The position numbers and the translations under genes were made by a program. Shown piece by piece: positions 49,915 through 63,496 of a stretch of 64,000 bases of DNA; within the stretch, counting starts at the first letter, position 1; every line of letters begins with the position of its first letter. The stretch is from Stegostoma tigrinum. Taxonomy: Eukaryota. Below the pieces are notes generated by a model. It did not search any database. It was given only the letters and a program-made list of their open reading frames with translations, and had not been told where the DNA came from. Location: assembly GCF_030684315.1 (NCBI RefSeq), contig NC_081381.1:9296566-9360565 (forward strand), written 5' to 3'.

Positions 49915-52164
49915 GTGGGTGAGAGGGAGGAACGCGAGGTACCCGCCCTGGGGCCTGGAGCACGGCCTCCCGGGGGAGGAGGTTGTTGGGTTGGGGGGGG
50001 GGATGTTGTCGGTGGTAAGCCCACTTCTCTGCCCCGGGAGTGAGATCTCTGGCCTGAGGGGTAGAGAGAGCGGGCCGTCCCTCCCGGTGAGCCGGGCCCA
50101 GGTCGGGGGTCGGGGAGTCCGTAACGGCCGCCGCCGTCGAGCTCACGTGGATTCAAAAACCAACCGCCTTTCTTCCGCCGCCCCCCGGTGATTGTTTTGG
50201 GGAGGGGGGGTGTAGCGCGGGCCGGAGTCTGACACCCCTCCCCTCCCCTCACGGGATGTCAGTTTAGGGGCTTGGGTCGTACCCCCCGTCCCCAGGTTAG
50301 AGCGGGGGTTGGAGGTGGGGGGGGGAGCTGTTCCGCCTCCCGGAAGGTACCGGCTCCTATTGTTCCGTGTCGGTGGATGTTGTGTGGGGTTGGGGGGGGG
50401 TGGTGCGGGTGGAGAGTGTGTGTCCCCGCCTCCGGCCCGGCCACATGTTCGCAGCGTGTCGCAAGGTCTGGGCCTGTACCAGCCGCTCCTGGGCGTTTGG
50501 AACCCGCGCTCGGGACCCACCTCAAACTCAAACCGCCGCCGGGGAGACGTTGGAGCGGAACCCGATTCAAACTGGGGCCTGGAACACGGCCTGTCCCGGG
50601 TTCCGAGCGGTTTGGACCTCCCCGCGTTCGGGCCTGGGGTCATGGGGCAGAGAGAGAGCGGTGGGGGAGGGTGCAGGGGGCCGGCTCCAGCCTTATTGGG
50701 AAAGTGAAGGTAGACGGGTAAAAGGCTCCCAGTGTCATGTTACAGAAATGGTCGCTCTTCGCCTCCCCCACCAGTGTCCGGTGGAGTTTCCGGTGAGGGC
50801 TCCTTTGGCCTTGGTGCCAGGTGTGAAGGTGGGACCCATCTTCAGTGAGATCTGTTTCCTGCTGCCAGAAGGTCCATCTTTCCGTTCTCCTACCTGTGGT
50901 GAACTTGACTTTAATCTGCATGGCCTTCTGAAGGCTTTTTACGTTTTTAGTGCTCTTATCCTCTGAATGCTATCCCAGTATAAATGTGAGACTTGCTCTA
51001 ATCTGGATTTTGCAGCTTTGTTGACATGGCAGTGTGCCAAAGAGGATCCGTAAGACTTCACTGGATAGTGAACTTTGGCAGTTGCTAGTAGTCAAGCACA
51101 AGACAAATTATGTTTGTTCCTAGTGGGTTGTTCATGTATTTGGATGAAGCTGTAGTGACGTTCTTGTAATGTTAGTTTTGCATCTTATTCCAATGATGTA
51201 GCTTTGCATTCTTGTGGCACTGTTAAGACAGCAGTGTATTCTCATCCATATTAACCTTCTATTAAGTTGCTCATCATGGCTGGTACAATGATATTGGGCA
51301 TCAACTTGATTTGAAATTGGAACCCACTTAAATAAAACACCATTCAAGGCCTTTGCCATCTTGACAAATGGATGTCCATTTCTAGTAGCCAAATTTGAAT
51401 AAGTATCATGTGCTTAACTGTTTGGGGTGACTGAGCAGTTAAATTGTTAACTGGTGTGTAGTTAGTTTGCATGGAGCGATTTGATAAGTCCAATCATGTG
51501 ATATAGCTGTATTAAACAAAACATGACAAGTCAATTCACTCAACTGGCTCTCTGCTGAGCTCAGTAAGTCTTTTACACCATTACTGATGTCCTCTGTAGT
51601 TGCTCCTCATTGAAATAAATATGGTATATTGGGTAATCATGGATAAGTCTAGCATTTTAACTTGTCCAAGTTAATGTTTTGGATTAACATTGGCTTAGTT
51701 GTCTAGATGTTTATACCCATGTTATATTTCTATTTGCTTTGGGTGAGTGGTTGTTCTTGAAGTTTAACGTAGGGTGTTATATTGAATGGTGCTGTAGACT
51801 CAATTCGTTGCTGCCTCCTGTGTTCCTGTATTGAGGAATATTGAAGAAGGCATTATTGATGTTAACATTGTAGATGTTTCTACCTATTGTAATAGGACAC
51901 TAATTGTAGATCTAGATGGAGTGGGATCTATTGTCAGTTATTCTGTTGTTCCATACTGCCATCTCCACCCAGCATCTACCCTGGAAACTTCAGCCAGATG
52001 GTGATTTACCAATCCTGATGTCTAAAAGTAAATTGCTACTCTGTGGCTTAGAGTTGTGGTGAGATCTTACTGCTTTGTTCCTAAATTAGATCAGATGTTC
52101 ACAAAGTTAAGCCTGTGCATCAAAATCATAACTCAAGTAAAGTAAACCATTTCTTCTCTTTCAG

Positions 52165-52228
52165 CAACAAAGGTTCTTGGAACAGTAAAGTGGTTCAATG
52201 TACGAAATGGCTACGGATTTATCAACAG
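52165..52228 (+). CDS. YBX1: YBX1 exon 2, (A)[21 protein letters not shown]
   Basis: Cold-shock domain RNP1; acceptor tttcag, donor AG|GTCTGT; 64 nt. Confidence 0.97.
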
Positions 52229-52428
52229 GTCTGTATAGTTTCTGAGCATAGTAGTTACAGAAGTTTGTGATTATAGTTTTCATTAATGGAAACATAATGT
52301 GTAAAATTAAGTTTAAATCAGCGAATAAGTTGCCTTGCAATGTGAATGGTGGGGGGGGGGGGGGGCGGTGGAGAAAGACCTCTGACAAAATGGTACAGAT
52401 GTGTGAACTATAATTTTTTCCTTTGTAG

Positions 52429-52462
52429 GAATGATACGAAGGAAGATGTGTTTGTACATCAG
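52429..52462 (+). CDS. YBX1: YBX1 exon 3, NDTKEDVFVHQ
   Basis: RNP2 VFVH; donor CAG|GTGAGT; 34 nt. Confidence 0.97.
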
Positions 52463-52559
52463 GTGAGTGTATATTCTAAGAATTACTTGCAGTACAACTG
52501 GTAGAAATCCCAAAAGACTTGAGCAAATGATACGTGTGGACAAGTATACTACTGCTGAG

Positions 52560-53310
52560 CCATGGCATGTCACAGTCATGCTGGTGGTAAACAAGCAGTG
52601 TAATAGACTAATGCAGAAGAAAGTTGGAGTTGTGTTTTTTGGGGGGGTTGGAGTGCTATCAGCCCTAGGACCTGAATTTACTGTTTATGTCCATGACTTG
52701 GTTAAAGGGGGTAGGGTGTAATTTTATCTGATTTGCAGTTGATAGCAAAAGTAGTTGAGTGGATGTGTTGTCATGAGTGCTAAATCACTTGTAAGGTAGA
52801 TAGTGAATTGTCAAAAAAACTTAGCAGGTAGAGTTTAATGAAGGAAAATGTGAGCTTATGCACTTTGGTTGGAACAATTTTAAAAAGTAGATTATTTATA
52901 TGGACAGACTCCAGCACGATTGCAGTGCAGAGGGATCTGGGTGGTGATGAGCATGAAAGAAAAAATTTACATGCATAAGACTAATGGACTTTTTGTCTCC
53001 AGTTAAGAAATGGGGAGTGATCTGATTGAAATGTAAACATCTTGGAGATATTTTCACTAAAGATTGGGATCAGTCTTTAAAGGACAGTTGTTTAATGATG
53101 GGGCATATTTTGACAATTGAGATACAAAGGAATTCTTTTTCTACAAATGGAAGCGAATGTATGGAATTATTAGTGACCTCTACATTGTTGTACAGAGAGA
53201 GTAAATAGATTTTTGCAGTTTTGAAGTGTTGAAGCATTGAGGCCTGGAGCAGATCAGCATGACGTATTGTGTTGTGGGATAGGCTTAATGGGCTACACTT
53301 CTTTAAATGT
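52560..53310 (+). mobile_element. Highly decayed CR1 LINE
   Basis: Remnant LGPEFTVYVHDL and 3'-end similarity to other CR1 copies. Confidence 0.6.
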
Positions 53311-54694
53311 TACGTTACATAAACAAATGGGATCCCATCAATTAGATCACATCTGTCTCATTTGGTGAAATAACCCACAGTGCTGCTCCCCGTTTCATGT
53401 GAAAGTGGATTTGAACTGTCTTCAAATGTTCCAATGCACTGCTTTCATACTGTGGCCCCACTTTTTTTGTGTGGTGCTTTATAGTGTCTGCATTCATGTT
53501 AAAATTGAAATCCTTAATGTCCTGTAGAAACGTGTAGCAAAGTGGATCAATATATTTGAGTGGCACAGAAGAAACAATTGCATTTATGTACTGCTTCTCA
53601 ACCTTGATTTAAAAGTTGACAGTTTAGCAGCTGTACTCACTTGGTTCATAGCCCATCTGTATTGATACTCTGCTTGCAACATTGGCTTGCCTTGTCTAAA
53701 GACCTTAAAGAAGAGGAAGTTGCCTACTGAAGATTTGAAAGAAAATGTTAGACATGCTTAGCTGATTTGGCAGCATTTTGAGTGTTTGACTTTTTTGACC
53801 TTTCTTCAGCACCTGAGTTCAAATGAAGAATCAGTAACTTGAAACATTTGTTTGTCTTCATAGACACTGCCAGACCTGTTGAGTGTTTGGAAACGTCTTG
53901 GTTCATGTATCAAAATTTCAGTTGACTAATATCAACAGCTTTTTGAATGGGCACTTTTTGATTCTGGTACACTAAATGATGAACTACTTCTTGGCATTAC
54001 TCCTGAACAGAAATGAAAATTGAAAGTTGCTAGATCTGAGGAGCTGGAGACTTTGGAACAAATCTGGATTGTACCAACGCTTAAATAGTTCCCTCCTGTG
54101 ATTGCTTGACTAGTTAAATATGAATTCTTCCTCCATATGTTATCCATATGGGTACAGTGAGCAATGTGGACCCTTGAAGTTCCCATTTTCTAAATGGGGA
54201 AACACTGGAGATTTTGGGTTAATCTTCAGGTCCATTTATTAAAGCTGGAAAGGTGGGGAGCTGGAAAACTGTACAGTAGTGTTGTGATTAAAGTTCGGTA
54301 AACCAGATGTGGTCAGGTTCTAAATGTCAACAGCAACGAAGGATTACCAAACATCCCACAATCAGTTTACTGATGTATGTAGCAAGGGTACCATTACCAG
54401 CTGTATGTAAAGGCAATGGATAATTTGAGTTAACAGCTTTTGTTCATTTAGATATGTTGCTAAGAGTTTGGGTAAACAAGATGATCTTTTCAATAATCTG
54501 GCAGCATGGGATTGTGAGGTGAGAATATGATAGTACAGAGAGGTCAGTTTGAGTTGGCTGTGTGCGGAAAGATGCACATTGTCCAGATGTTCGTAAATGA
54601 AAATTGGGAATGGCGTTTCTCCAGATCATTAGAGATGGCCCAATGGTATTTGATCTACCTGTTCTGTGTGGTCTACCCATTCCGTTATAGCATT

Positions 54695-55310
54695 AAATAA
54701 AAACTGAAAACTGTGGATGGTGCAAATCAGGAAAGAAAACTAATTGCAGAAAAAGCTTTGCGGGTCTGGCAGTGTCTCTGAAGAAAAAGAGTTCATGTTT
54801 CAGGTCTGCAGTAGCGTTAAGGTTAGGATGCTTCCTCAAACTGATGTAGCTTGGAAAATGTCTGCTTATTTGCAGAAGATAGGGTGGATGGGGAGGGGTT
54901 AAGGAGTGAATGTTAGGTGAGAATAGAGCTCAGAGAGAAGAGCAGTTGGACAGACAAAGGGTGGATAACTGTCTAGCCAGGAGGGTGAGTAGTTGTTAAT
55001 GGAGACAGTTGCTAACATGTAGAGTGTAATGGCAGGCTATATGATAACAAGGCCTGGTGTGGGATAGGAACCTAGGACATGGGAGAGTTCAGACCTTAAA
55101 ATTATTAAACTCTATTGAGTCCAGAAGGCAGCAGGGTCCCCATGTGGACAGTGAGGTGTTATTCTTCCAACTCACACTTAGCTTTGCTGGAACACTGTGA
55201 CAAACCTGAGGCAGATGTCAGCCAGGAAACAGGGTGGTGTGAAAGTGGCAGGTGACTGGAAGCTCATGGTCTTTTTCTTGTGGGCCAGACGTAGACTCTC
55301 TGAAGCGATC
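54695..55310 (-). mobile_element. Decayed Penelope-like 3' portion
   Basis: pLTR arm (gggtctggcagtgtctctg) followed by purine-rich sequence resembling the reverse complement of a Penelope 3' end. Confidence 0.45.
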
Positions 55311-57500
55311 ACCCAGTCTACAGTTTGTTTACCCGATGCCCTGTAAACCCATAGATTCCCTCTGCCTGGACTATACATCCTTGCACCCTGCTTCCTGTAA
55401 AGACACTCTCTTCCATTCTCTGTTTCCATGTATCCAAACTTCCTTTTGTCAAAAATATGTAAAGTGTGCCAGTGTGATGTGGTGACTTGATCATTGGGGA
55501 AGGAGAGGGGATGAGTTCCTGCTCTATTTTTTATTTGATTCCAGTTAAAAATAATTGACAGGATCCCAGGAAAATTCATGCATTATTGTCTTTAAGGGGG
55601 AAGGTGATGGCATAATGGTGTTCTTGTTGTCTGGATTACCAGTTTAATCTGATGTTCTGGCGACTTGGGTTTCAATCCTGCTATGGCAGATGATAGAATT
55701 TGAATCTGCACGGTACTAACGTTTGAACCTGGAAGTCAGTGCTCTAAACACTTATTGCTGTGAGCAAACCCTTGGAGCAGGTTGTGAGACCTCAGAGCTT
55801 AAAAGCAATGTTCCTCATCGTGCTAGTTTGTTCCATCAGTCACAAGTAAGCCTAGTAATTGAACAAGGCTATTCCACTTCATTGTCTTAAGGGCATCCAT
55901 GGATAGGTAGTGAATGCTGACCCATCCAGTGTGCTCATGTCTCTTGAAATTTCTTTGAAGACAGTGGCCTTGCTGACTTGCCCGGTTCTGTTGTTGTTTT
56001 TGTCCATTTGAAAGTGATGTAATTGACGAAGTTGTATTTTTGCACTGTTGTACACTGATTGGAACAACAAAGTGTATTAAACTTGTTAGATATTTTACTC
56101 AAGTTGTTAGTAATGGAATGCCAATGCCAATAAGTATGGCTGTTTTCCTTTGGTCTGCATGATCAGACAATGTATTTTTGTTCTGGATGTAAGCTTGCTT
56201 GCTGAGCTACAGATCTTCTCAAAACTGGCTAATATATTTTTGTTTTTGCTGAACATGCAAAGTCTCTCTGCAGTAATGGTTACCTAAAGGACAACTTGAT
56301 AAGCAATCTAGTGCCATCTTGGTACGTTTTTGGAATGTGTTGGCATTTTGCAATCCAATAGATCTGGCTATCCTGCAAGCTTTAAAGTGGTGGTTGAATA
56401 ATTTCTTTTGGTATGAAGGTCTGTTTCTAAATGGATTGGAAACCGCTGGTCCCATCTTATTTGTAGCCTAGCATCATGGCTTATTTCTGAATATAAACTG
56501 CTTCAGTATCCCTTAAACCTGTCTGAGGTTTTTGGGGCAGTCTGATAGTAGATAGTAAATGTAGATATGAGTGATGCCAAAAAAGTTTGCCTTCACCCAA
56601 AAGCTAATCCTACAGCTTCAGCGACATGCCTACTGGTTACTTCACCGAACAATGCCTACACTCCTGGTGGCTTAGGTTTTTGTAGCTTCTTTTGGGGGGC
56701 GTGGGGTGGGGGAAACAATTGACAGTTTTAGCTATGATACTCTCACTTACTTCTGAGCATTTTGAATCTTTTTCCTCCTATTTTTGAGTCCCCTCTAGGA
56801 CATTGGTATGAAGTGACATTTCTGCCATCAGGGCATCTTGCATTCTTCGAATACATGATCACATTGGAGAAGGTCTGCAAAACCCGTGAGATTAAGCAGT
56901 TCATAGACCCAAAGAAACTGCTTTAAGTGATAATGTAACTACAGGAATGAAAAGTTCCAAATTTGGGAATTACACATACATTACTAGTAAATGGGGGAGT
57001 GGGAATTTATAAGTTTCTGACTGGTATTTAAAATTAATTATAAGACTATAAGACATAGGAGTGAAAGTAAGGCCATTGAATCATATGATTGTGAATCCAG
57101 GCTCAGCAGTGCTTTTTCTTTTAGTCTGCTGTTTACTTAATGTTGACATTCCAGGTTGGTAGTTGGAGCCTAGCTGTTTGTTTCTAGGGTCCCTATCTGG
57201 GCAAGATTTTCTGTAAACTTGAATGGGCTACTGATCCTATCTGGCTAAATGTCCAAAGTAAGGCTGTACTTGGATTTTAATCAGCTCATGATGGCTTCAG
57301 GACCTCAATGTTTAGATCCTTAGTTTCTCTCAATTGCAGAAAACATTTGTAATCTGCAGGTCTTTTGTGCAGGGACACCGTTGACTTTCCAGATTGACCT
57401 GAACTTGTTTCTTCCAGATATGTTGCATTTTTTAACTATCACAAAATGTAGCTTATATATGAAGAAAACTTTAAATCTTGAGGCATTGAATTCTTTGCAG

Positions 57501-57590
57501 ACTGCCATAAAGAAGAATAACCCACGGAAATATCTACGTAGTGTTGGAGACGGTGAAACTGTGGAGTTTGACGTCGTAGAAGGTGAAAAG
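57501..57590 (+). CDS. YBX1: YBX1 exon 4, [30 protein letters not shown]
   Basis: Invariant cold-shock domain segment including the RKYLRS phosphosite; 90 nt. Confidence 0.97.
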
Positions 57591-57909
57591 GTATTGTTAG
57601 TTTGTACTAAGTTGACACTGGCTCAGATGTGTTCATGTTCAAGTTCAAAACATTGCCTTTGCAACAAAATGTTAAAGTTAAACAGCTGTGAATTGTGAAG
57701 TTACTTCACTGTTTGTAGCACCTTGACATAGTTGTGCATTTACTTGTTAACATTACTAAAAGATCGTATTCCCTCAACTTCGTTCTGCTGAATTAGGTGT
57801 AACATCATGTTCCTGCTGACTTAAAGTATATGGCAGGTTTGATCCTAAATAAAAACATTGTGCGTACCTCAAGTTTTCTCTTCTGCATGTAACCAATGTG
57901 GCTTTGTAG

Positions 57910-58029
57910 GGTGCAGAGGCGGCAAATGTCACTGGTCCAGGTGGAGTTCCAGTTCAAGGAAGCCGATATGCTGCGGACCGAAATCGTTACCGTCGCTACA
58001 ACCCTCGTCGCCGAGGGCCACCACGTAAT
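57910..58029 (+). CDS. YBX1: YBX1 exon 5, [40 protein letters not shown]
   Basis: Acceptor ttgtag, donor AAT|GTAAGT. Confidence 0.95.
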
Positions 58030-58219
58030 GTAAGTGTGAAACCAATGATCTCATCACAGTTGTGTGTTTTGGGTCAGCTATCTGGTGAAACCATCTGAAA
58101 ATGTGAACCAAATGTCAAGTCCTTTATATGGAAGCACCTAATTGCTGTGTACTACTAGGAATAGCTGGCGAATATCTAGAGAAATTGCTACTGTGGCTAT
58201 TGCTGATAAATTTAAAATT

Positions 58220-59210
58220 AAGAGTAAGAATAGGAGGGGAGAAAGCCATCTGGCCTGTCAAGCTTCAGTAAGATCATAGCTGATCTCTTTTTGTGGATTC
58301 AGCTCCACTTATCTGGTCTCACCATAATTTACCTTAAACATTTAATGAGAGTCTTGACTGCTTCACTGGGCAGGGAATTCCACAGATTCTCAACCTTGGG
58401 GGTGAAGAATTTTCTCAGCTGTCTTGAGTCTGCTCCTTATTTTGAGACAATGTCTCTTCTAGTTTTCCCCCTTCAGTGGAAACAACTTCCTTGCCTCTAT
58501 TTTGTCAATTGCCTTGATTAGTTTGTTTCCCCACTTCTAAATTCCAATGAGTATAAAGCTAATTGACTCCATCTCCTCATAAGCCAACTGTCTCCACTTT
58601 GAAATCAACCTAGTGAACTTCCTCCAGTGCCAGTAGGGAGAACAAAACTCTGCACTGTACTGTGGGTGTGACCTCACTAGCACCCTATATGGCTACTGCA
58701 TAACCACCTTGTTTTGAAACTCCACCCTGGTAGCAGTGAGGGACAGTATCATTTGCTGCCTTAATTGCCTGCTGCACCTGCAAGCCAACATTTTGTAATT
58801 CACGCGTAAGGATACTCAAGTCTCCACAGCAGCAAGCTGCAGTTTTTCACCATTTAGGTTACGTCCATTTTGTTCCTACCAAGAGGGATGACATCACATT
58901 TACCAACATTGTACTCCATCTGCCAGACCTCACTTTATCTATAATCTCTCTGCAGACTGTCCTCTGCACACTTTACTCTACTCTACCCTTCTTAGTATCA
59001 GCTGCAAACTTTGACACATTACACTTGATCCCCAGCTCGAAATCACTGCTGTAAATTGTAAACAGTTACAAACCCACCACTGATCTGAGGCACGTTACTA
59101 GTCACTGATCAACCTGAAAAACACCCGTTTATGCCTACTGTTTATTGTCGGTTAATCTTCTGTTCATGTTAATACCATGCATCTTTATCTTGTGCAGCAG
59201 CCTTTTGTGC
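58220..59210 (-). mobile_element. Decayed CR1 LINE
   Basis: gaattccacagattc..gaagaa and gctgcaaacttt (KFA.D) in reverse orientation. Confidence 0.75.
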
Positions 59211-60273
59211 AAGTTTTGGTAAATTACCATAAGTGCAATTGCTATTTCCCTCCCTGTCTCTTGTAGTATCCTGGGATGGCATTCCATTCAGATTAAATTT
59301 AAATACAAACCCTGTATCTCAGACTTGTAGAGCTAAGACATATTTTTGAAGGAATTGAGTGGTATGGATAATAGGCAGGAAACTGGGATTCATGCTGAAG
59401 ATTCAGTAACTTATTGAAAAGCACAGCAAGCTTGCAAGTCCATATGTCGTTTCTTATGTTAACTTGGATGGTCCTACCATTTGGTCATAAACAAATGTAA
59501 AAGGTCTTCATGAGGATACGGATTAGAATAGTAGGGGGTGGGTGGTGCTTGTTGACCAGTGCAGACTCAATGGTTCAAAAAGCCTCTTTCTGAGCTGTAA
59601 ATGTCAATGATTACATATGAACATGCAAATAATTGAACACTGCAAATATTGTGAAAATGGAGGATATTAAACAATTTATCTATCCAGCTTTGAGTAATGT
59701 TTTTATTATTTCATTAGTGTTTTTTGTTTTTGCTGATATTAAGGATTTTAAAAGCATATCAATTTTTCCTTTAACAGGTAAAGTGAAACTGGTGTTTTTA
59801 ACTATAAAAGTATTTAGTTTCTCATTTATACATTGAAAATTTGAGACTTGCCTCACATTGTGTTCCAAATTATCAGAGCATTGCCAAATAGTTAGAGGGC
59901 ATTAATGAAAGTAGTTCAATCTGGATTTTGCACGTGCTGATGATTGTTTTAGGTATTTTTAATCAATCTGTTCAAATGTGTTAGGACACATCTGTAATAG
60001 ATGGTACCTGAGCCTTTAGACCCAGTGATAGGGATACATGCACTGTCACAAGTTTTCTTTTATTAGATAGCAAAATAGGTTTAATTGGTTAGTTGGCAAA
60101 AGACTTATTTTGAATTTGCATTCTTTAAGTGGCATCAAATCCATTTGAGACTTTTCTTTCCAAGAAAGTGTGTGCTTGTATCTATTGCTTACCCCTACTG
60201 CTTTCCTATCATACTTGATTAGTTAACTTTTGGGTTAATATCAATGAATAGCTTTGCTGTGATTTTTAATTAG

Positions 60274-60465
60274 TACCAACAGAACATAGAAGGTGGAGAG
60301 AAAGGAGATGGAGCAGAGACAGCAACAGATGGAGAAAATCAGGACTATCAAAATCAACAGCATCGTCCTCCATACAGAAGACAGCGTTATCCACCTTATT
60401 TTGTCCGTCGCCGCTATGGTCGCCGTCCACAATATAGCAACCAGCCTCAGGGAGAAATTACTGAG
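60274..60465 (+). CDS. YBX1: YBX1 exon 6, [13 protein letters not shown]...[18 protein letters not shown]; later exons not found in the window
   Basis: Acidic then basic/aromatic blocks typical of the YB-1 C-terminal domain; acceptor aattag, donor GAG|GTAGCA. Confidence 0.92.
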
Positions 60466-61019
60466 GTAGCATAAAGGGACTTCACTCTAGAGATTGTTCT
60501 TTGCCTTTTTGGTTAATTGCATTGATATTGGTAACTTGCCAGAAAGATGGTGCTAAATGTTTTCCCTTTACACCATAATGTTTTATTGGGATGGATGGAA
60601 GGCTTGCTGAAGTGCCACCACTTCATGGATAAGAAACACTTTGATCCATTGAAACACATCCTTCACTGTTGATGTAACATAAATTATTTCTGAATCTCCC
60701 ATATTTCTGGCTTAGTAAGCTGATAAAGGTGACTGCCTTGATGTAAATTTTTCTTTCACTGATTTGGATGTGTAGTTTAGATTTTCCAGCAAATGTGATT
60801 TGACACCTTTTTCTAATCTTATGTATTTAAGGCTGCTCAGTTGAGTAGCTCTAATCTTGAATATTTCTGTCCTTGACTTGATGACTGGCAGTGTTCTATT
60901 TGTTTGCTTTATTTTGACATGTTTAGCAATTTTATTACTATTCAGGGAGTAGATGGTAGCATTTAAAAAACTCCTTTGATTCTACTGGTCCCTATATCTT
61001 AAATCAACCACAAATTTCC

Positions 61020-62005
61020 AGAGACTTGAATGCTGTGGATTTCCATTAGGCCTTCAACACCTGTCCTTCTCAGGATGGCAGCTGGTAACTAGTGGAATTC
61101 TGTAAGTGTTGGGACCACAATCAATCACCTTAGCTCCTTCTTCAAGGTTGTTGATGTGTATGGTGACTTTTGTTATGCATGCAATTACATGTAGGTAGGT
61201 GGTGGGACAAGCAGTGCTGAGACAGTGGGGAAACTGCAGAAGGACTTGAACAGGCTGAGAAAGTAGACAAGAATCAGCAACAGATGGAATACAGCATGGG
61301 AGAGTGAGAGGTTATGCAGTTTGGTAAGAAGGTTAGAGGCTTTGGAAATCTGAAGCTCGCGTATTTGGGATCCTGGTTCAGGTTCCGTTAAGGTTAACAT
61401 GCAGGTTCATACAGCAGTTAGGCAGGCAAATGTAATCTTGGCATTCATTTCAAGAGAGCTAGAAGATGAGCAGAAATATTCAGCCTCCATAATAGAAGGC
61501 ATGGTGAGATTGTATTTGGAATATTGAGAGCAGTTTGGCCCTCTAAGGAAATGTTGGCATTCTAACTGATCCAGAGGATTTTCAAAGAAGTCTACAAGAA
61601 TGATCCTGGGAATGGAGTACTTATCACAAAGGCAATGATTCAGGAATCTTGGTCTGTTCTTGATGGAGTTAAGAAGGATAAACCAGGATCTGATTGAAAA
61701 TGGAAAGTGTGAGGGTGGAAATGATATTTCTAGTAATAGAGGCTAGGGCCTTGGCAAAAGCACAAACTTATAGAACTGACATGAGGAATCTCTTCTGCCC
61801 CAAGGTGGTAAATATGCAGAACACCTTCCCATAGAGGAGTGTGGAAGCTAAATCATTCTGGAAATTCAAGACAGTTATTTGATTGGTAGGGGTATCAGAG
61901 ATTATGGTGAGAAGGCAGTAGAATTCAGTTGAGAAACCTATTAGCCATGATTGAACATTACAGACCTGATGGGCTGAAAGGCCTAATTCCATGTGTTATG
62001 ATCTA
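61020..62005 (+). mobile_element. Decayed CR1 LINE
   Basis: gcattcatttcaagagagctagaa (AFISR.LE) and CR1 3' end. Confidence 0.7.
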
Positions 62006-63496
62006 ATCCCCAGGCTGTCTGTTCTAACTTGCAATAGGGATGATACTCCAACAACTGCATATAAACTATTAGGCTTTTTCTGGAATTTTCTGTGATAAAG
62101 CTTGATTGCTTAATGAAAACACTTGATTCCCATCAGGAAAGGTAAATCAAGTGTGTGCATAGGATCCTGATGCATTTTGGTTGAGTTTGCATGGATCAGA
62201 ATGCTTACCTATCTGTTAACATACTGGCAGCAAGACCCAGAAAGAGATGTGGCTGATTTGTGATAGCCTGCATGTATTAAGGTTGAATGGAATTTAAATA
62301 GTTGACTTATAGAATAACTTGGGATTGTCCCATCTTCAAAACCAAAATACTGAATGTTTTGTTTGTGTGGTGCCCAGTGTTGCCATACAGACCCCCAAAC
62401 CAATGAAATGCTGGATGTCTGGCTGCTGACAGGTTTACTCTTGAGGAAATGACTGTAGGGAGGGAATATATGCTGTTCCAGATGCAGAAATAAAAGCCCT
62501 TCATCGGCATAGACACTTCATGGTAAATGCTCAAACTGGAGTCAGTTGATCTGGTTTAGTCACTGTTGAGATATGCTTACAGGTTGACCAAGGTTGAGAG
62601 TTGAATGTAAAAGATATTCAAGGAAATTAATAAAGGGTGAGAGCAGTATATTAGTAAGATGACTTTGCAAGAAGAACTTGAACCAGTTTGGAGTGAAGCA
62701 AAAATGAGGGCCACCGATTGGTTGCAATATTGTGATTACTGATACTCTACTCTAAAATGGAGTTTAGGACTAATCAAGAAATTGAAGAGGCATCTAATAG
62801 GCAACTCTGCACCGTGGAAGATGAATCCCAGAGTGTATATGAGATGAGTTATGGTTCACTGAGGAATGAGAGATGAAGAATGTAAAGAAATCAGTTTGTG
62901 TACTTGAAATGTGAGCTGGATTGGGAGTTAAGTCTCTGGGCCAGATAAGATTCATCCTGGTGTTAAAGGATGTAGATTGAATGGTTACCTTTCAAAATTC
63001 TATAGTTTATTGCTCTGTTAACTGTTAGGAGATCATAGCCCTCATTACCAAACATAAAAGGGGTGGTAATATTGGGCAAAACAGTTACAGATGTGTGAAC
63101 AGGAAGTCATGTTTGACATACTTATTGGACTGGTGGTGAGGGAGCCAACAAGGAGATACAGTGGGTGGTGATTAGATTCTCTCTTGTTAAGGTCATTGCC
63201 AGGCATTTGTGACGCAAATGTTGCTGTATTTGTCACCCTAAACCTAGATATTGTCCAGGTCTTGCTGCATTTGAACATGGACTGCTTTAGTATCGGAGCT
63301 GTTAATGGTGCTGAACCGTGTGCAGGGTCAACAGGGCTGTTTTTGCTGTTGTCTCTTCCAATGCCTCCATCAGTGTCAGGTGGTCTGACCCATTACATTG
63401 CTTTTTAGCAGTCTGATAGTGAGGAGAGGCAATGGCCTAGTGGTAGTATTGCCAGACTATAAATCCAAAAACTCAGCTAATGTTCTGGGCAGAGGT

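Noticed and set aside
49673-50966. Many overlapping 100-200 aa ORFs
   Set aside because: Expected stop-codon scarcity in a GC-rich CpG island; no recognisable domains apart from YBX1 exon 1.
49794-60465. Assignment as YBX3 or YBX2
   Set aside because: PPIH adjacency, [12 protein letters not shown] and YGRRPQYSN favour YBX1 despite the YBX3-like intron.
60940-60966. Candidate next YBX1 exon (ttcag|GGAGTAGATGGT)
   Set aside because: In-frame TAA after six codons and no similarity to the expected sequence.
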